Shown: one piece after another, positions 22,870 to 36,591 of the stretch
Layout of the letters: each line of letters starts with the position of its first letter
Numbering within the stretch: the first letter of the stretch is position 1
Origin: Chiloscyllium plagiosum
Lineage: Eukaryota
DNA length: 49,110 bases
Assembly (NCBI RefSeq): GCF_004010195.1
Contig: NC_057718.1
Coordinates: 85,015,702-85,064,811, forward strand
Direction of reading: 5' to 3'
The notes under the pieces: generated by a model
Databases searched by the model: none
The model's input: only the letters and a program-made list of their open reading frames with translations
Told to the model about the DNA's origin: nothing
Program-made: the position numbers and the translations under genes

Positions 22870-25800
22870 GTAAAATGCTTCAACCAACTTATTGCTTATG
22901 TTCTTGCAACAATCCTTTTATTTCTTCTAATTCTAACAATCAATATTGCAAAGATTAACCCTATGCTTTCTTAAATGAGTAGATCAATAAGCTACATACT
23001 AATTTAATGATGCTCAACTTGTTACAAAAATTAGTTTGCTAATGAAGTTCATAGTTGCAACATTCTTATAAACCCAAAGTCTATGGAACGTCCTAAAGCA
23101 GAGATTGGCATTGCCAATCTCATTTGACTCACCACATACCTCTGAATCATTGATAGCTGCATGCAAAATCACAAGGTAAGGAAGACCTATGGTGGTTCAT
23201 TTGGTAAAAATGAATTTTCAGGAACTGTCCCACTATTGTAACATTCAGTTGCCTCTTAACTAATTCTGGAGCTTTCTTCTCAATTGTTCTATCCATGAAT
23301 CTGTTCAATGCCTTTAAGTGCTTGTGTGAAAACTATACTTCAGAACAATTCCAGATGTGGCTTCTGCTAATTTGAATTACTTGCCCCCATTCTACTTGTT
23401 AATTTCAAATTAATCCAGATTGAGTTGTAAATTCTGTGTATTTAATATGATATTTTATTCAAGCAATATGTTTGAACCCAAAGATTGTTTTGCAGTGAAG
23501 ATTGCACTGAAAATCTTATAGGCTAAGTAATCAAGTTGAAAATCGTGCAATTGTATAGCAATCATTTACCTTTCTATTGCCGGTCAAAAAGCTGGTAGAG
23601 CACGCTTTTCAAAAAAAATCAAGCTAATCCTTGTAACTGTTTTCATTAGAGACATTGCAATTACTTTTTTAAAAATGTGTTGAGAGGAATGTTAGTGCAG
23701 TACTCTTGGAAGACATCCACTGGTGATGTGTGGAATTACAGCTACAATTTTAAAGTCTGTAAAAACAATTTACTTTTACCTATTTAAGGTGCTCAAAAGA
23801 TTCTGAATGTTCAGTGAATGTAGTATATTGTTTGCATCACAGCAACAGTAGGATAGTGGAAAAACAGTTGGCATTCTAGAAAATAAATTCAATTCTGGTT
23901 GTATATCTGGGGACTGAAAAGATGATTCTAAAGAATTACATTGAACAAATTTATTGCACAAAATCTCATTATTTTTCATGGCAGGTCTGTGCTAATGTTA
24001 TGATCCACATGAGATCCTGTTCTATTTATTTAACCCTTTCCCATCAGCATATTAATTTCTGCATCTGTGAAAATGGCCTTAACCATCTATGTGGTAGGAA
24101 GTTCCACATTTGTACCTTCTCTGAATAAAGAAGATTCTCTGAATTCTTGATTACATTTATTAGTTGCTACCTCATATTTATCCTTTAGTTTTCAACTCAA
24201 AGCTTCTAAACATCAAAAATATTGAGCCAATTCATAGCTTTTAAAGAAATTCACCAGGCCATCTTTTCTTTGTCAGAGGAAAAAAACCTAGATTTAGTAT
24301 TTCCTGACTTTCCTGGTATCATCCTTGTAAATCTCTTGAATATAAAATTTGTAATACAGAGATCAGTATTCTGATTGCAACCTAATCGAGATTTGATGAG
24401 CTGAAGTAAGAATCACCATGACCAAATTAGGCCAGAATAAGGCCATTCAGTTTATTGTGCATACACTGGTTCTGTTCCCTAGTGCTGATCTCCTGCCTTT
24501 CCCTATATCCCTGCACACCGTTTCTATCCAAATCATCCAATGCCCAATAATGGTGTCTGCTGTTGAAGTCTTGTCTGAAAGCAGTACACCAAAGGCTGCA
24601 ATGGCAGTTTATGGCTCTTCTAAACTTGTTCTTTGAACAATGCTGTTGTATTTATTTCCTAAGGAACATATATTAGGCTGAAGAATTTAATACCGAAAGT
24701 AGCTAAATGCAGCTGGTACTAGCTCCTTGTGACATGATTCACATCAAAAATGCTGCTTTTTCACTGGATCAATATCGTGACAGGTTTATAATTGGCGCAC
24801 TATTATAGATGGATGTCAACATATTTAATGACTTTTCCACAGAATTTAGGGTGAGTTTGGAAATTAATATTTATGATCACACCGCCAATTTAACGACCAT
24901 AGGTCATGGCATGTATGTTGATCTGGTATTGTTTTTAAAAAAAAACATTTTCTGGCCTCCAAAATTATGATTTTAGCATGTGCTCTAAATGCCTTGGTCC
25001 ACCCCCTTGTCAGTCGCAACATGCTTTATTCACATTAGTCATCAATCTCATTTTGTACGTCTTATGGATGAATGCAAGGAATTGAGCAAGTGTTACTGGC
25101 TGTATTGTGAAAATCCATTGGGGTTTAATACATAAATACATAAAGTAGACTCTTCATGAGCAATACAGAAAAATGAGTTATGCAATAAAAATATGAGTAT
25201 GCAGTTGGTTTCAAACTAAAAGTTTTAATATCTGCCAACTCACCAAATGACCGTAGTGCAGTGAGGGAATTTGATGTGAACGAAGAATTGATGTGAGAAT
25301 AGAAGATGATGCAATTCACCCTGAGGAGGATGCCCAAGATTAAATGGGCCATGCAAACAAATACTGATTACTGTCTTGAGCATGTAACAGAATGTGTCCT
25401 CAAATTGCCACAATCGATACTGTCACCAGAAATGCATTGTGTCTTTAAGCACTTAAGTGCCCCAAGTTAACTTTCCCAGCAACAAACAGTTGGGGTATTT
25501 GCTTTATGGAATTAAACTGACTGGTCTTTTGGAAAAGACTAAGATTTCTCAGACTAAAGACCTCTATGCCAAAGTTACTAGTTTTCAGTCGTTCTTTAGA
25601 AAATGGCAAAAAGTAGCGTATCTATTATGCCAGATTGATAACATGCATAAATGTGTATGAATTTAGAGATGTCTGACAGTCAAATTGTGGAGTGGAAAGG
25701 TTTCAAAAACAGTTTCAGTGAAAGTGGAAGGCTAGATTTGTGGTGGTACTTGCCTGCATGACCAAAAGAACAAAATTAAAGCCCATGGTAATTTTCAAAT

Positions 25801-26359
25801 GTAAAATCATGCTGAAAATCTTTGATATTGAAGCTATTAGTGTATAAACTGTCATCAGGTCATGCAGAGAAATGTGGGTGAAAAGGAGGGTTTGTGGTGG
25901 ATGTATGATTCTGAAACCTAAATTGGCATGTATAATTCTTGTGGTAGTATACTCATGGTGATACCACAGCTAAAGTGACTGGTGAACTCTTGTATCAGGT
26001 GCTAAAGGCAAATAATTTTATGGATTTAAAAGTTTTTTCATTGTGTTAAAGATATCATTGTATAATTGTTTTTTGTGTGTAAACTGTCACATTACCATGG
26101 ATTACCACTTGTGTTTTTTCTCATTTCAAAATGGGAATCACCTACACTGATGATTCATATGTTATACTTAGCACAAGTCTCTCTTTCTCGGTCAGTCGCT
26201 CACACTCAACATACACACAGGTGCACTCTTTCTCTTTTACCCCCCCCCGCTTCCATGTCTGTTAGTGATGAAAGCACCAAAAATCGAAGTGGCCCTGTAA
26301 ACAAATTATAAAAGTGTGCACAAATTATAGAGGGTACAAAAAATCCAGAAGTCCAATCG

Positions 26360-26895
26360 AATTTGGCTTTTATCTCATGGAATTTAGGAAATTATGCTTC
26401 AATTGTACAAAACCTTGCCTAGTTTACAGTTCACGGCACTGAACTTCGGGAAAGATATTTTAATATTATAAACGGTGTAGAATGATATGAAGACTTGGCA
26501 AAGGAATCAAGTTACAAGGACAGGTTAGTATAAACTTGGTTTGTATTCTCCAAGTTCAGAAGGGTATGAGGAGTTACCTAACTGAGGCCTTTAAAATAGT
26601 AGGTAACCTATTCTGTCTGACAGGAAATTCAAAGGGATATTATGCTAACGTGAAAGGTATGCAAAGTAAGAATGAAGTCAGGTAGCTGTTATTCTCGCAA
26701 AAGGTAATGGACATGTTGACCTTGTTCCTCCCAATTACTCGGGTGTTTGGTCAGTTGAAGCTTTTAAGGCGGGTTAATAGATTTTGTTGGATAAGGGCAA
26801 AGACGGGCAAATAGAATTGAGATGCAGAGCATTCATAATCTAATTGAATGACCAGAAAGTCTCTAGGCCAAATGCCTGCATCTGTTTCTACTTGT
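26360..26895 (+). mobile_element. Old CR1 3' fragment
   Basis: ttgtacaaaaccttg..ggtttgtattctc..gagttacctaactgaggcctttaaaat, degenerate RT end and UTR. Confidence 0.55.
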
Positions 26896-27236
26896 TTATT
26901 GGGTAGGATGAGGGGGCAAGTGTAGAAGTCTAAATCATTTCAAATATTGTAAGACCATCTGTATGACATAATGACAGCAGAAGGGCCATAAAACCAGATT
27001 CATGTAACATATTGAGCACTGAAAAAGATTTGTGGCACACACTTAACCAATCACTTTGTAACATATAACACTAAACATTCTGAACTCCACTGTTTGAAGG
27101 TGTTGGTTTCACAGGGTGCTGAGAGAAATGTACAGCCAATAACTTTTATTTAGCTTTCAATATATTGCATAGAGACTTTAAAATGCTATTTTATGTGGTT
27201 CTAATTTTGTTACATATGGCTGTTTTTCATTCTTAG

Positions 27237-27316
27237 ACACCCCTCCAGATGCCTTAATTCTGGAATCTCCTTTCACTAACATTCGGGAGGAAGCCAAAAG
27301 CCATCCTTTTTCACTG
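27237..27316 (+). CDS. ABHD12: ABHD12 internal exon (human exon 9 equivalent)
   Basis: Acceptor ttcattcttag|AC and donor CTG|gtaggg; 80 bp. Translates (D)[26 protein letters not shown], near-identical to ABHD12 and supporting ABHD12 over ABHD12B. Confidence 0.96.
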
Positions 27317-28356
27317 GTAGGGGTCTTGTTATTTTAAATAATGTTCTAGATTATACTACAGAGAAGAGCATGAAACTGTACTTTTTTTCTGCCATCAGAA
27401 TAAATCACTGCTCATCACTGTGGTGTATTGTACCTCTTGTAAGAAAAGCATTGTAAATGTAAGTTATACTGATTTCAGATATACTTGTTCACAACACTCT
27501 AACAGTGATGTGCATTTATATTGTGTCTTTAGTGTAATGAAGCATTCCAAGGTATCACAATAACAAAATTTGACTTCTCACCCACCTTCAAGTGTAATGT
27601 CTGATCAAGGATATTTTTAAACGAAATGGTTGTAGTAGAGGTTCATTGATGAATTTAAGGCTTAATGTCAGAATTCTAAAAGCACAGTTGCCAGCGATTG
27701 TGCAAAGGAAATCAGGAATGCCTAAGAGGGCAAACATACAAGGTGACATGCTTTGGCCTGAGAATGCCCACCCATGACTGTGGAAGGAAGAATCATCAGA
27801 CCACTGAAGCTGAAATTGAATTACATAATGCATATCCAGTCACCTGTGCCATTTGATCGCATTGTTTGTACTGTTGTCTATCAAAATTACTGTGTAATAT
27901 CAAAGACTCACTGGTCTTTTCCAGTCATATTTGTTACTTTATTTCAGAACCAATGTTAGCTTGGCTTATGAAGTGTCATTGATTAAGCTGCTTGAAGCAT
28001 CTTGGATCCTTGACTTTATACATTGAGTACAAATGTGAGGAATTTCTAAAATTTATTATAAATTACTAGCTAGGCCTCAGCTACAGTATTGTGTCCACTT
28101 TTGGCCAATATGAATGGATTGCTGCTCAACAAAGCTGAAACCAATATTCTCGTGGGAAGGTTAACCACAGCCATGGAGGTGGATTTAATTGGGTTTAGCA
28201 GGGGAAAAACACCAAGATAAAATGTCAGAGAGAAGAAATGATGTGCAGAGAGGACTGGCAAAGACAAGTCCAGAAACAGGGAAGTCTGCAGAGGGGTGAG
28301 AGTGCGAGAGAGAGAGATTGCATTAGAATAAGGAACAGTATCGGCATAAAGCTAAG

Positions 28357-28560
28357 ATAAAGTTGCCATGATCTTGCCATACCATAGGGCTGTGCGCTCA
28401 TTAGAGTGGTGGTGGTGGTCTAACCTGAGTGTCACTTTGCCTCGGACAGTGGAGAGGCTGAGGAGAATTCGTTGGTAATCTCAGCCAGTGGAGAAATTGA
28501 ATCCATGCTCTTGGCGTCATTCGGAATTGCAAAGCAACCAACTGAGTTAAACCGACTCCC
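28357..28560 (-). mobile_element. tRNA-derived SINE
   Basis: Minus strand starts gggagtcggtttaactcagttgg (A box), then ggattcaatttc (B-box-like), and ends ctatgg..atggcaactttat. Confidence 0.6.
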
Positions 28561-29225
28561 ACTGCAGGAATAGGAAGGATTAGACAGAGGATAGTTTAAA
28601 GTAGATTTGGAATTCATGTGTGCAAAGACATGTAGTATGCTAATACAATGGGCTGCAGGTAAGAGTTTCAAATGGAACTGCGATTTGGCAGCAATAAGTG
28701 GATACCCATTTCAAAGGAGGGGAAGATTAGGAAGATAATATATCTGGCTGAGGTATTTAGAAATGGTAGGCACAATCAGGAGTTGTGGCATCATTGATAA
28801 TGTTACCCCATTGCTGCACTATTGTGATTTTTTTTGTTCAATGTGGGTGTTGCTGTCTGGGCCAGCATTTGTTGTCTTTCCCTAATTGCTCTTGAGTTAC
28901 TGGTGATGAGCTGACTACTTGAATCATGGCACCTGGTGTAGATATACTCCGTGCTTTTAGGGATGGAATGCCAGGATTTTAATCCAGTGACAGTAAAGGA
29001 ATGGTGATATATTTACAAGTGAGGATGGAATGTGACTTCAACAGTAATTTGATGGCAGTGATGTTCTTGTACACCTGCAGCTACCATCATTCCAGATGGT
29101 ATGGTCAAAAGTTTGGAATATGCTTTCTAAGAAGTCTTAGTGAATGTTTGCAGTGCATCTTGAAAATGGCATACTGTTACTGTATTGGTAGTGGGGCAAG
29201 TACATTTTGAAGGTTGTGAATGTGG

Positions 29226-30203
29226 TGTAAATCGTGGGCAGGCTTTGGAGAGTCACGAGATGAGTTACCCTCTGCAGACTTCCCTGTTTCTGACCTATTA
29301 TAACCACAATATTGACCAGGTCAGTCCAGTCCAGGTTTTGGCAAATCGCAACCCTCCGGATGTTGATGGGGATTCAATGATGATAATACCATTGCATGTT
29401 AAAAGGCAATGGTTAGATTCTGTCTTGTTAGAAGTGATCATTGCCTGGCATTAAGGTGGCAGAAATGTTACTTGCCAGTTGTTAGCCCATGCCTGCATAT
29501 TGTCCAGGTCTTGCTGCATTTGGACATGGGTTGTTTCAGTATATAAGGTGGTCATCAAAGCAGGCTACTTTATCCTGTGGAAGAAGTCAAACTTCTTGTG
29601 TTATTGGAACTGCACATCATGGCAAGTGCGGAGTATTCCATCACAGTCGTCTTGTAAATCGTGGTTAGAGACAAAAAAACTGCGGATGTTGGAATCCAAA
29701 ATAGACAGGCAGGAGGCTGGAAGAACACAGCAAGCCAGGCAGCATCAGGAAGTGGAAAAGTTGATGTTTCAGGTGTTTTGGGTCCTGAAGAAGGGCTACA
29801 CCTGAGACGTCAACTTCTCCACCACCTGATGTGGCCTGGCTTGCTGTGTTATTCTAGCCTCCTGCCTGCCTGCCTGTCTTGTAAATCGTGGGCAGGCTTT
29901 GGAGAGTCACGAGATGAGTTACCCTCTGCAGACTTCCCTGTTTCTGACCTATTATAACCACAATATTGACCAGGTCAGTCCAGTCCAGGTTTTGGCAAAT
30001 CGCAACCCTCCGGATGTTGATGGGGATTCAATGATGATAATACCATTGCATGTTAAAAGGCAATGGTTAGATTCTGTCTTGTTAGAAATGATCATTGCCT
30101 GGCATTAAGGTGTCAGAAATTTACTTGCCAGTTGTTAGCCCATGCCTGCATATTGTCCAGGTCTTGCTGCATTTGGACATGGGTTGTTTCAGTATATAAG
30201 GTG
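29226..30203 (+). repeat. ~325-bp direct duplication (29226-29550 and 29880-30203)
   Basis: The two copies differ at only about 3 positions by eye. ORFs 29185 and 29899 share the same peptide. Confidence 0.92.
29665..29875 (-). mobile_element. Fold-back PLE terminal-repeat element
   Basis: Inverted arms around ~29775. CTGAAGAAGGGCTACACCTGAGACGTC degenerate hammerhead. TSD gtcttgtaaatcgtgg at 29649-29664 / 29876-29891. 38-nt tail. Confidence 0.8.
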
Positions 30204-30516
30204 TTGTGAATAGTGCTGAACATTGTGCAATCATTAGCAAATATCCACATAACTTTATGGAGGAAAGAACGTTCACCTGGAGAACTCCTATAGTGATGTC
30301 CTGGAACTTAGGTAACTGACTTCCAGTAACTATAACCATCTTCTTTGTGCTAGATCTGACTCCAACCAATGGAGAATTTTCACCTAATTTCCATTGACTC
30401 CAGTTTATCTAATGTTGCTTGTTGTCAAATGCAGCTTTTGATTTGAAAGAGCAATCACCCTCACTTCCCCTCTGGAGTTTAGCTCTTTTGGTCCATATTT
30501 GAACCAAGGCTGTAAT

Positions 30517-30636
30517 GGGCTTATGCCCAAACGTCGATTCTCCTGCTCCTTGGATGCTGCCTGGCCTGCTGTGTTTTTCCAGCACCACATTTTTCAACTC
30601 TAGTATTCCAGCATCTGCAGTCCTCACTTTTTCCCT
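30517..30636 (+). mobile_element. PLE terminal repeat truncated inside the hammerhead
   Basis: gggcttatgcccaaacgtcgattctcctgctcc..ccagcatctgcagtcctcacttt. Confidence 0.75.
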
Positions 30637-31396
30637 ATGAGTGCAGCAGGTTCTGCACCACAGGTCTTCAGTGCTATTGGAATATTGTCAGGGTCCAAAA
30701 CCAATGTAGTATCTTGTGCCTCAAGGTTTTTCTAGGTTTCATGTGGAGTGAATTTAATTGGCTGTACACTGGCATTTGTGAAGCTGGGGACCTTTGGAGG
30801 ATGCTGAGATCTCAGTTGTTGCACATGCTTCCCCTAACATGAGAATGAGGGATATTTGTTCAGCTCCGACCTCCAGTGAGTTGAGTTGCCTATCATTGTT
30901 CATGACTAGTCAGGGTAGGATAACAGAGCTTAATTGTGATTTGTTGGTTGTGGAATTGCTTAGCTGTATCTAACACTTGCTAATTATGCTGTCGGGTGTA
31001 CAGTTAGACCTGTACGGATTTACATCATGTTAATGCCTTGTTTTTAGGTGCAGCTCCTGGGATACTGTCCAGACTCTTCAGTGAATCAAGGTTGACCCCC
31101 TGGCTTGATGGTAATGGTAGTGAGGGCGTTATGCTGGGCCATGAGATTGCAGATTGTGTTGGAATAATGTTTTGTTGCTGATGGCTAACAGTGTCTCATG
31201 GATCCTTATTCTCAAGTTGTTAGATCTGTTTGAAATCTCTCATTTAACATGGTTGTAATTTTGTACAGCATGCTACAGGTTTTTTATTGTGAAGATGGAG
31301 CTTCATCTGCACAAGGACTTGTTCAGTGGTCACTCCTACCAGTACTGTCATGGACAGATGCGTCTTCAGCAGACAGATTGGGGAAAATGATATCAA

Positions 31397-31596
31397 AGTC
31401 GAAGAGTGTGGTGCTGGAAAAGTATAGCATCTGACGTTTCAAAGCACAAGCTTTTCATTAGGAATCCGGGTGAAGAGCTTATGCATGAAACATCGACTCT
31501 CCTGTTCCTTTCATGCTGCCTGACCGGCTATGCTTTTCTATCATCACACTCTTCGACTCTGATCTCCAGCATCTGCAGTCCTCATTTTGTCCTAGA
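31397..31596 (+). mobile_element. Degenerate fold-back PLE terminal-repeat element
   Basis: agtcgaagagtgtg../..cacactcttcgact arms; tgaagagcttatgcatgaaacatcgac; ~37-nt tail ctgatctccagcatctgcagtcctc. Confidence 0.7.
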
Positions 31597-32831
31597 CGAT
31601 GAGGTCAAGTATGTTTACATTCTTATTCATTCCCTCACCACCTGTAATAGTGAAAAAACGCCTGTCTCCTTGATAAAGAAGAAACCTTCTAACAGGATAA
31701 GCTACTCAGTCTTCTGGGAACCTGAGTAGCAGAAATCAATATCTTTAACTTTCTGTTAAAATCTGAAAGATGGACTCTATTTCTTCCATTTAAAGACCCA
31801 AGTCAAATTTACTTTACATCTGAACTGAAAATCTAAAAATCTTCCAAAGCTAGTTGCATACATTTCAGGAGGGTCTATACACATCCCATATTCAATCACC
31901 CTGCCCTCATGCTTCTGTCATTGGTCATCCATATTTATATTTTCACTGAGCACCACCTTCTAATGCTAATTAGAAAACAACTGTTTGATTTTTGACTTTC
32001 ACTATCACAAGCATTTTTGTCTATCTCCAATATGTGAATAACTAATAAGTGTTTAAAGAAGCTGGAAATAAAGTGCAATGTGTGATTCTTTTTCTTGGTT
32101 TGTCAAGGAAATTGATTTCAAGTCAATGGCCTGCAGCTATCTAGGCCCTAAGCTCAGACATTTATTCCCTAAATTTCTTTACCACTTCTTTTTAACATGT
32201 TCTAATAAACATTCCTCTTTGACCAAGCTTTTGGTCCAGTTTTCTAATATCATATACAATCTGCCATCAAATTCTTAAAATGCTCTAGTGTAACACCTTG
32301 GGATATTTTATTACCTTGAGGTTTTATGTAAGTGACATTTGTTACAATTGCTGAAGGCCCCACAATAATTCTATTTTTGCAATATTTATACCTTAACACA
32401 TGGAAAAATCCTATAACCAGTACTTAATTTGAGTTATGGTTAATAACTTCTAAAAAATATTAAAGATGTAACTGACTTTCAGGGGCAGTTAGCTGGAGTC
32501 TTTTCAGTCTTTAGAGTGAATCACTCTGAATCATATGTTAATATCTGTAGTGAAACATTCAGTAGCTTTAATTTTGCAGCAGAGATACCCTTAGCAGTTA
32601 AAGTTGCTCAGTTCATGCCTCTTGCTTTAATTAGTTATCTATCTTATTCCATCATGAATCCTGCATGATCACAGTAAGTATTAGATGTATTAATTTAATG
32701 GTAATAAAATATTTAGATTAATCAGGTTTCTGTGTTTTCTTTTGAATGGCAATAGATGGCAGCTATTAATTTTTGTGGCTATGAACCCTGATCAGGTAGA
32801 TTATAAAAGCAGTGACGAAAGTAGTTGATGA

Positions 32832-32950
32832 TTTAAAATGGTATGGTCATCCATGGTGGACAGAGAGAGGAAGAGGGCAAGTTGTGAGGCAAATGCTGGA
32901 GATGGGACTGCCAGGAAGGAGGTGAAGAGGAAGGCCAAGGATCCGATGCG
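32832..32950 (+). mobile_element. RTE-clade LINE fragment
   Basis: LKWYGH..GQVVRQMLEMGLPGRR*RGRPRIR matches the RTE C-terminal motif. Confidence 0.55.
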
Positions 32951-32984
32951 AAGCTGCACTAAATTGTGGGATTGGATAAGGAAT

Positions 32985-33680
32985 GAGTCCTAGAGATGTA
33001 CAGCACAGAAACAGACCCTTTGGTCCAACTCGTCCATGCTGATTAGATATCCAACCCAATCTATTCCCATCTGCCAGCACCTGGCCCAAATCCCTCCAAA
33101 CCCCTCCTATTCATACACCCATCCAGATGCCTTTTAAGTGTTGCAATTGTACTAGCTTCTGCCACTTGCTCTGCTAGCTCATTCCATACATGTACCACTC
33201 ACTATGTGAAAAAGTTGCCCCTTTGGTCTCTTTTATATCTTTCCCCTCTCATCCTAAACCTATGCCCTGTAGTTCTGGACTCCTTCACCCCAGCGAAAAG
33301 ACTTTGCCTATTTATCCTATCCATGCCCCTCATGATTTTATAAACCTCTATAAGGTCACCCCTCAGCCTCCGATGCTCCAGGGAAAACAACCCTAGCCTA
33401 TTCAACCTCTCCCTATAGCTGAAATCCTCCAACCCTGGCAACATCCTTGTAAATCTTTTCTGAACCCTTTCAAGTTTTGCAACATCTTTCTGATAGAAAG
33501 GAGACCAGAAATGCACACAATATGTCAACCAATGGCCTAACCAATGTCCTGGACAGCTGCAACATGACCTCCCAACTCCTGCACTCAATACTCTGACCAA
33601 AAAAGGAAAGCATACCAAACGCCGCCTTCACGATCCTATCTACCTGCGACTCCATTTTCAAGGAGCTATGAACATGCACT
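32985..33680 (-). mobile_element. CR1 3' fragment
   Basis: Minus ORF YCVHFWSPFY..LERVQKRFTRMLPGLE..RGDLIEVYKIMRG plus tail. Confidence 0.92.
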
Positions 33681-34069
33681 GTGACTGAAGACAAAAAGGC
33701 AATTAACCAGTATTTTGGCAATCCCATATAAACGGGAGAAACTGAAAAACAGTGATGAAAGTAGCACTTAAATCTTTGCAGGGCAGCTTTCTAATCTTCT
33801 CAAGGAAATTAATTTCTGATTTTGGGAAACTACAAGACAATTTTGTACCATTTGGCAGGGGGTGGGGGATGGGGGTGGAGAATTGGGAAGAAAAGCCAAA
33901 ATTTGCAGTGTGCTGAAACACCATGTATGTAATCTACATTATGGTTTTGAGCTTGTTGAATTTGTCATTCTGGTTGTGCGATTGCAACTATGGAGTAAGG
34001 AATAAACACCTTGTCTCCCAACCCTCAACACCACTTTTCTTGTTGACAGTCATGTTGGCATCACTTTTT

Positions 34070-34390
34070 TAAAAACAAAGTCATGATATGTGGGTGTTGC
34101 TGGCTAGGCTGATGTTTATTGCTCATCCCTTATTGCCCAGAGGGCAGTGGAGTCGCATGTAAGCCTGACCAGGAAAGGACAGTCAACTTCTTTCCCTCAA
34201 GGACATGAAAGAACCAGATGGATTTCTCCTGGCAATCGGCAACTGTTTCATAGTCATCATTGGACTGTTAATTCCAGATGTTTATTGAAGTCAAATTCCA
34301 TAGCAAAATTTGAACCTCGGTCTCCAGAACATGGCCTGAATCTCTGGATTGATAGTCTAGTAATAATTCTACCAAACCATTGCCATGCCC
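34070..34390 (-). mobile_element. tRNA-derived SINE with LINE-shared tail
   Basis: Reverse complement of the SINE at 36592 (B box ggttcaaatt, ctagtc/atccagaga, gggcaataa tail). Confidence 0.7.
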
Positions 34391-34706
34391 TATTGATCTG
34401 TTCTGTTGCAATATGCTATGTTCCTCTGAGATTATGCACAATTTTATTAAAAACTGAATTTGTGCTTTGGGTTAAATAAGGTTATTGGTTTTTGGGCACT
34501 GTAAAAACTTCCAAAAAGTTACAGGAATATTTGATTTTAGTTCATTTCTTGCCTGAGTCAGAAAACTGTAGATCTAAACAACGTCTTGTGTTTTGAGTGG
34601 ATTATCTAGGTTGACCTGTGCAACGTAATATTTGATGTGATAATAGTGTCTCACAGGTGCTAACTTGCAGTATAGATTAAGTAAAAGCCTGATTTTCTTG
34701 TAATAG

Positions 34707-35885
34707 TAGAGTTGTACAGCATAGAAACAGACTCTTCGGCCCAATTGGTCTGTGCTGACCAGATATCCTAAATTAATCAAGTCCCATTTACCAGTGTTTG
34801 GCCAATATCTCTCTCAACACTTTTTATTCATCCAATAATGTATCCATTTAAATAATGTAGCCTTTTAAATGTTGTAATTATACCAACTTTCACTTCCTCT
34901 GGCAGCTCATTCCATATACCACCACCTTCTGCATGAAAAAGTTGCCCCTTAGGTCCCTTTTAATATCTTTCTCTATGGTTTTGGATTCCCCTACACTCGG
35001 AAAAAGACCTTGGCTATTCACTCTATCCATGCCCCTCATGATTTTATAAACCTCTATAAGGTCACCCTTAAGTCTTCGCTCAGAGAAAATAGCCCAGCAT
35101 ATTTAGCCTCCCCTTATAGCTCAAACTCTCCAACACTGGTCACATCCTTGTAAATATTTTCTGAACCCTTTCAAGTTTCACAACATGTTTCCTATGGCAG
35201 GGAGACGAGAATTGAATGCAGTTTTCCAAAAATGGTCTAACCAAAATCCTGTACAGATACAACATGACATCGCAACTCCTATACTCGGTGCTCTGACGAA
35301 TAAAAACAAGCATGCCAAATGCTCCCTTCGTTACCCTGTCTGCTTGCGACTCCACTTTCAAGGAACTATGTACCTGAACCTAAGATCTCTTTATTCGGCA
35401 ACACTCTCCAGGACCTTACTGTTAAGTGTGTGAGCGCTACCCTGATTTGCCTTACCAAAATGCAATACCTCTCATTTATCTAGATTCAACTCCACCTACC
35501 ATTCCTGGGCCTATTGGCCCATCTGACAAGACCCCATTGTACCAAGATGATAACCTTCCACTGTTAAGTACACCACCCATTTGGTGTCATCTGCAAACTT
35601 AGTAACCGTACCTCCTGTATTCCCATCCAAATCATTTATATAAATGACCAAAATCAGTGGACCCAGCACTGAATCTTGCAGCACACCGCTGACCACAGGT
35701 CTCAAGTCCAAAGACCAGCCCTCACCCACCACCCTCTGTCATCTTCTTTCAAGTCAATCTTGTATCCAAATGACTAGCGCTCTCTCTATTCCATGTGATC
35801 TAATCTCGCTAACCAGTCTGCCATGCGGAACCTTGTCAAACACTTTGCTGAAATCTATATAGACAACATCCATCAATCTTCCTTA
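34707..35885 (-). mobile_element. CR1 RT and 3' UTR fragment
   Basis: SGVLQDSVLGPLILVIYINDLD..KFADDTK; LERVQKIFTRM. Confidence 0.92.
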
Positions 35886-36591
35886 TCACTTTGTTCCAGT
35901 ATTCATGTGGAAGCCAAAATATTAAGCCAGTATTTGAAGAGAGACCAGTCCAACAATCATTTCTCAAATAACACTGGTGAGGCCTGAGTTTATTTGCAAA
36001 ACATAAAGCAGCAAATCCAAAAGCCTGAAGTTCTTGATGTTCTGGGATCTGTCAGAATATCATGAATGTGAACTGTTGATTCCTACTAAAGCTTGTGTTG
36101 AGGAGAAGCCAATGACTTGCATGATTCAACAATTTATTTTGGCCGTTATCTTGATATGCAGGGTGGGTCTGCAGAGTTCCTATGTCTAATCCTGTGTCCC
36201 AACCATTCTCTCATGGGCGAAGTATTTTCACATGCTTCAGTGTTGTTTCTTGGTATTATGTATATTCATCTGAAGCCAGTTGGTGATTGTAAACTGTTTT
36301 GGCGACTTGTTAGTTTAAATTGATTGTTCATTTGATATTGTATGTAAACTTGTATACAAATATTTTGATTTGAGCTGAAGCGTATGACAAAAGATTTGCA
36401 TAATGAATCTTTCCAGTCTGTTTCTCTCTACTGTTTGCCCCTCAGTATTTGCTTTGAGCTCTGACTTCCTTGTTTCCCTCTAAGGTCTTTCATGTTGACT
36501 CCTGCAAAAATAAAATTTAACGATAAGGTATTTTGTGCAGCAGCCCAAAACACAAGTTGGGAGAGGGGAGCTGGTGGTACAAGATCATCAA

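Larger units (their letters stand above)
28830..31625 (-). mobile_element. Long decayed LINE (second family) with three nested PLE remnants and a local duplication
   Basis: Begins with the reverse-complement tail atgtgggtgttgctgtctgggccagcatttgttg. Collinear with + copy 47290-48345. Confidence 0.7.
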
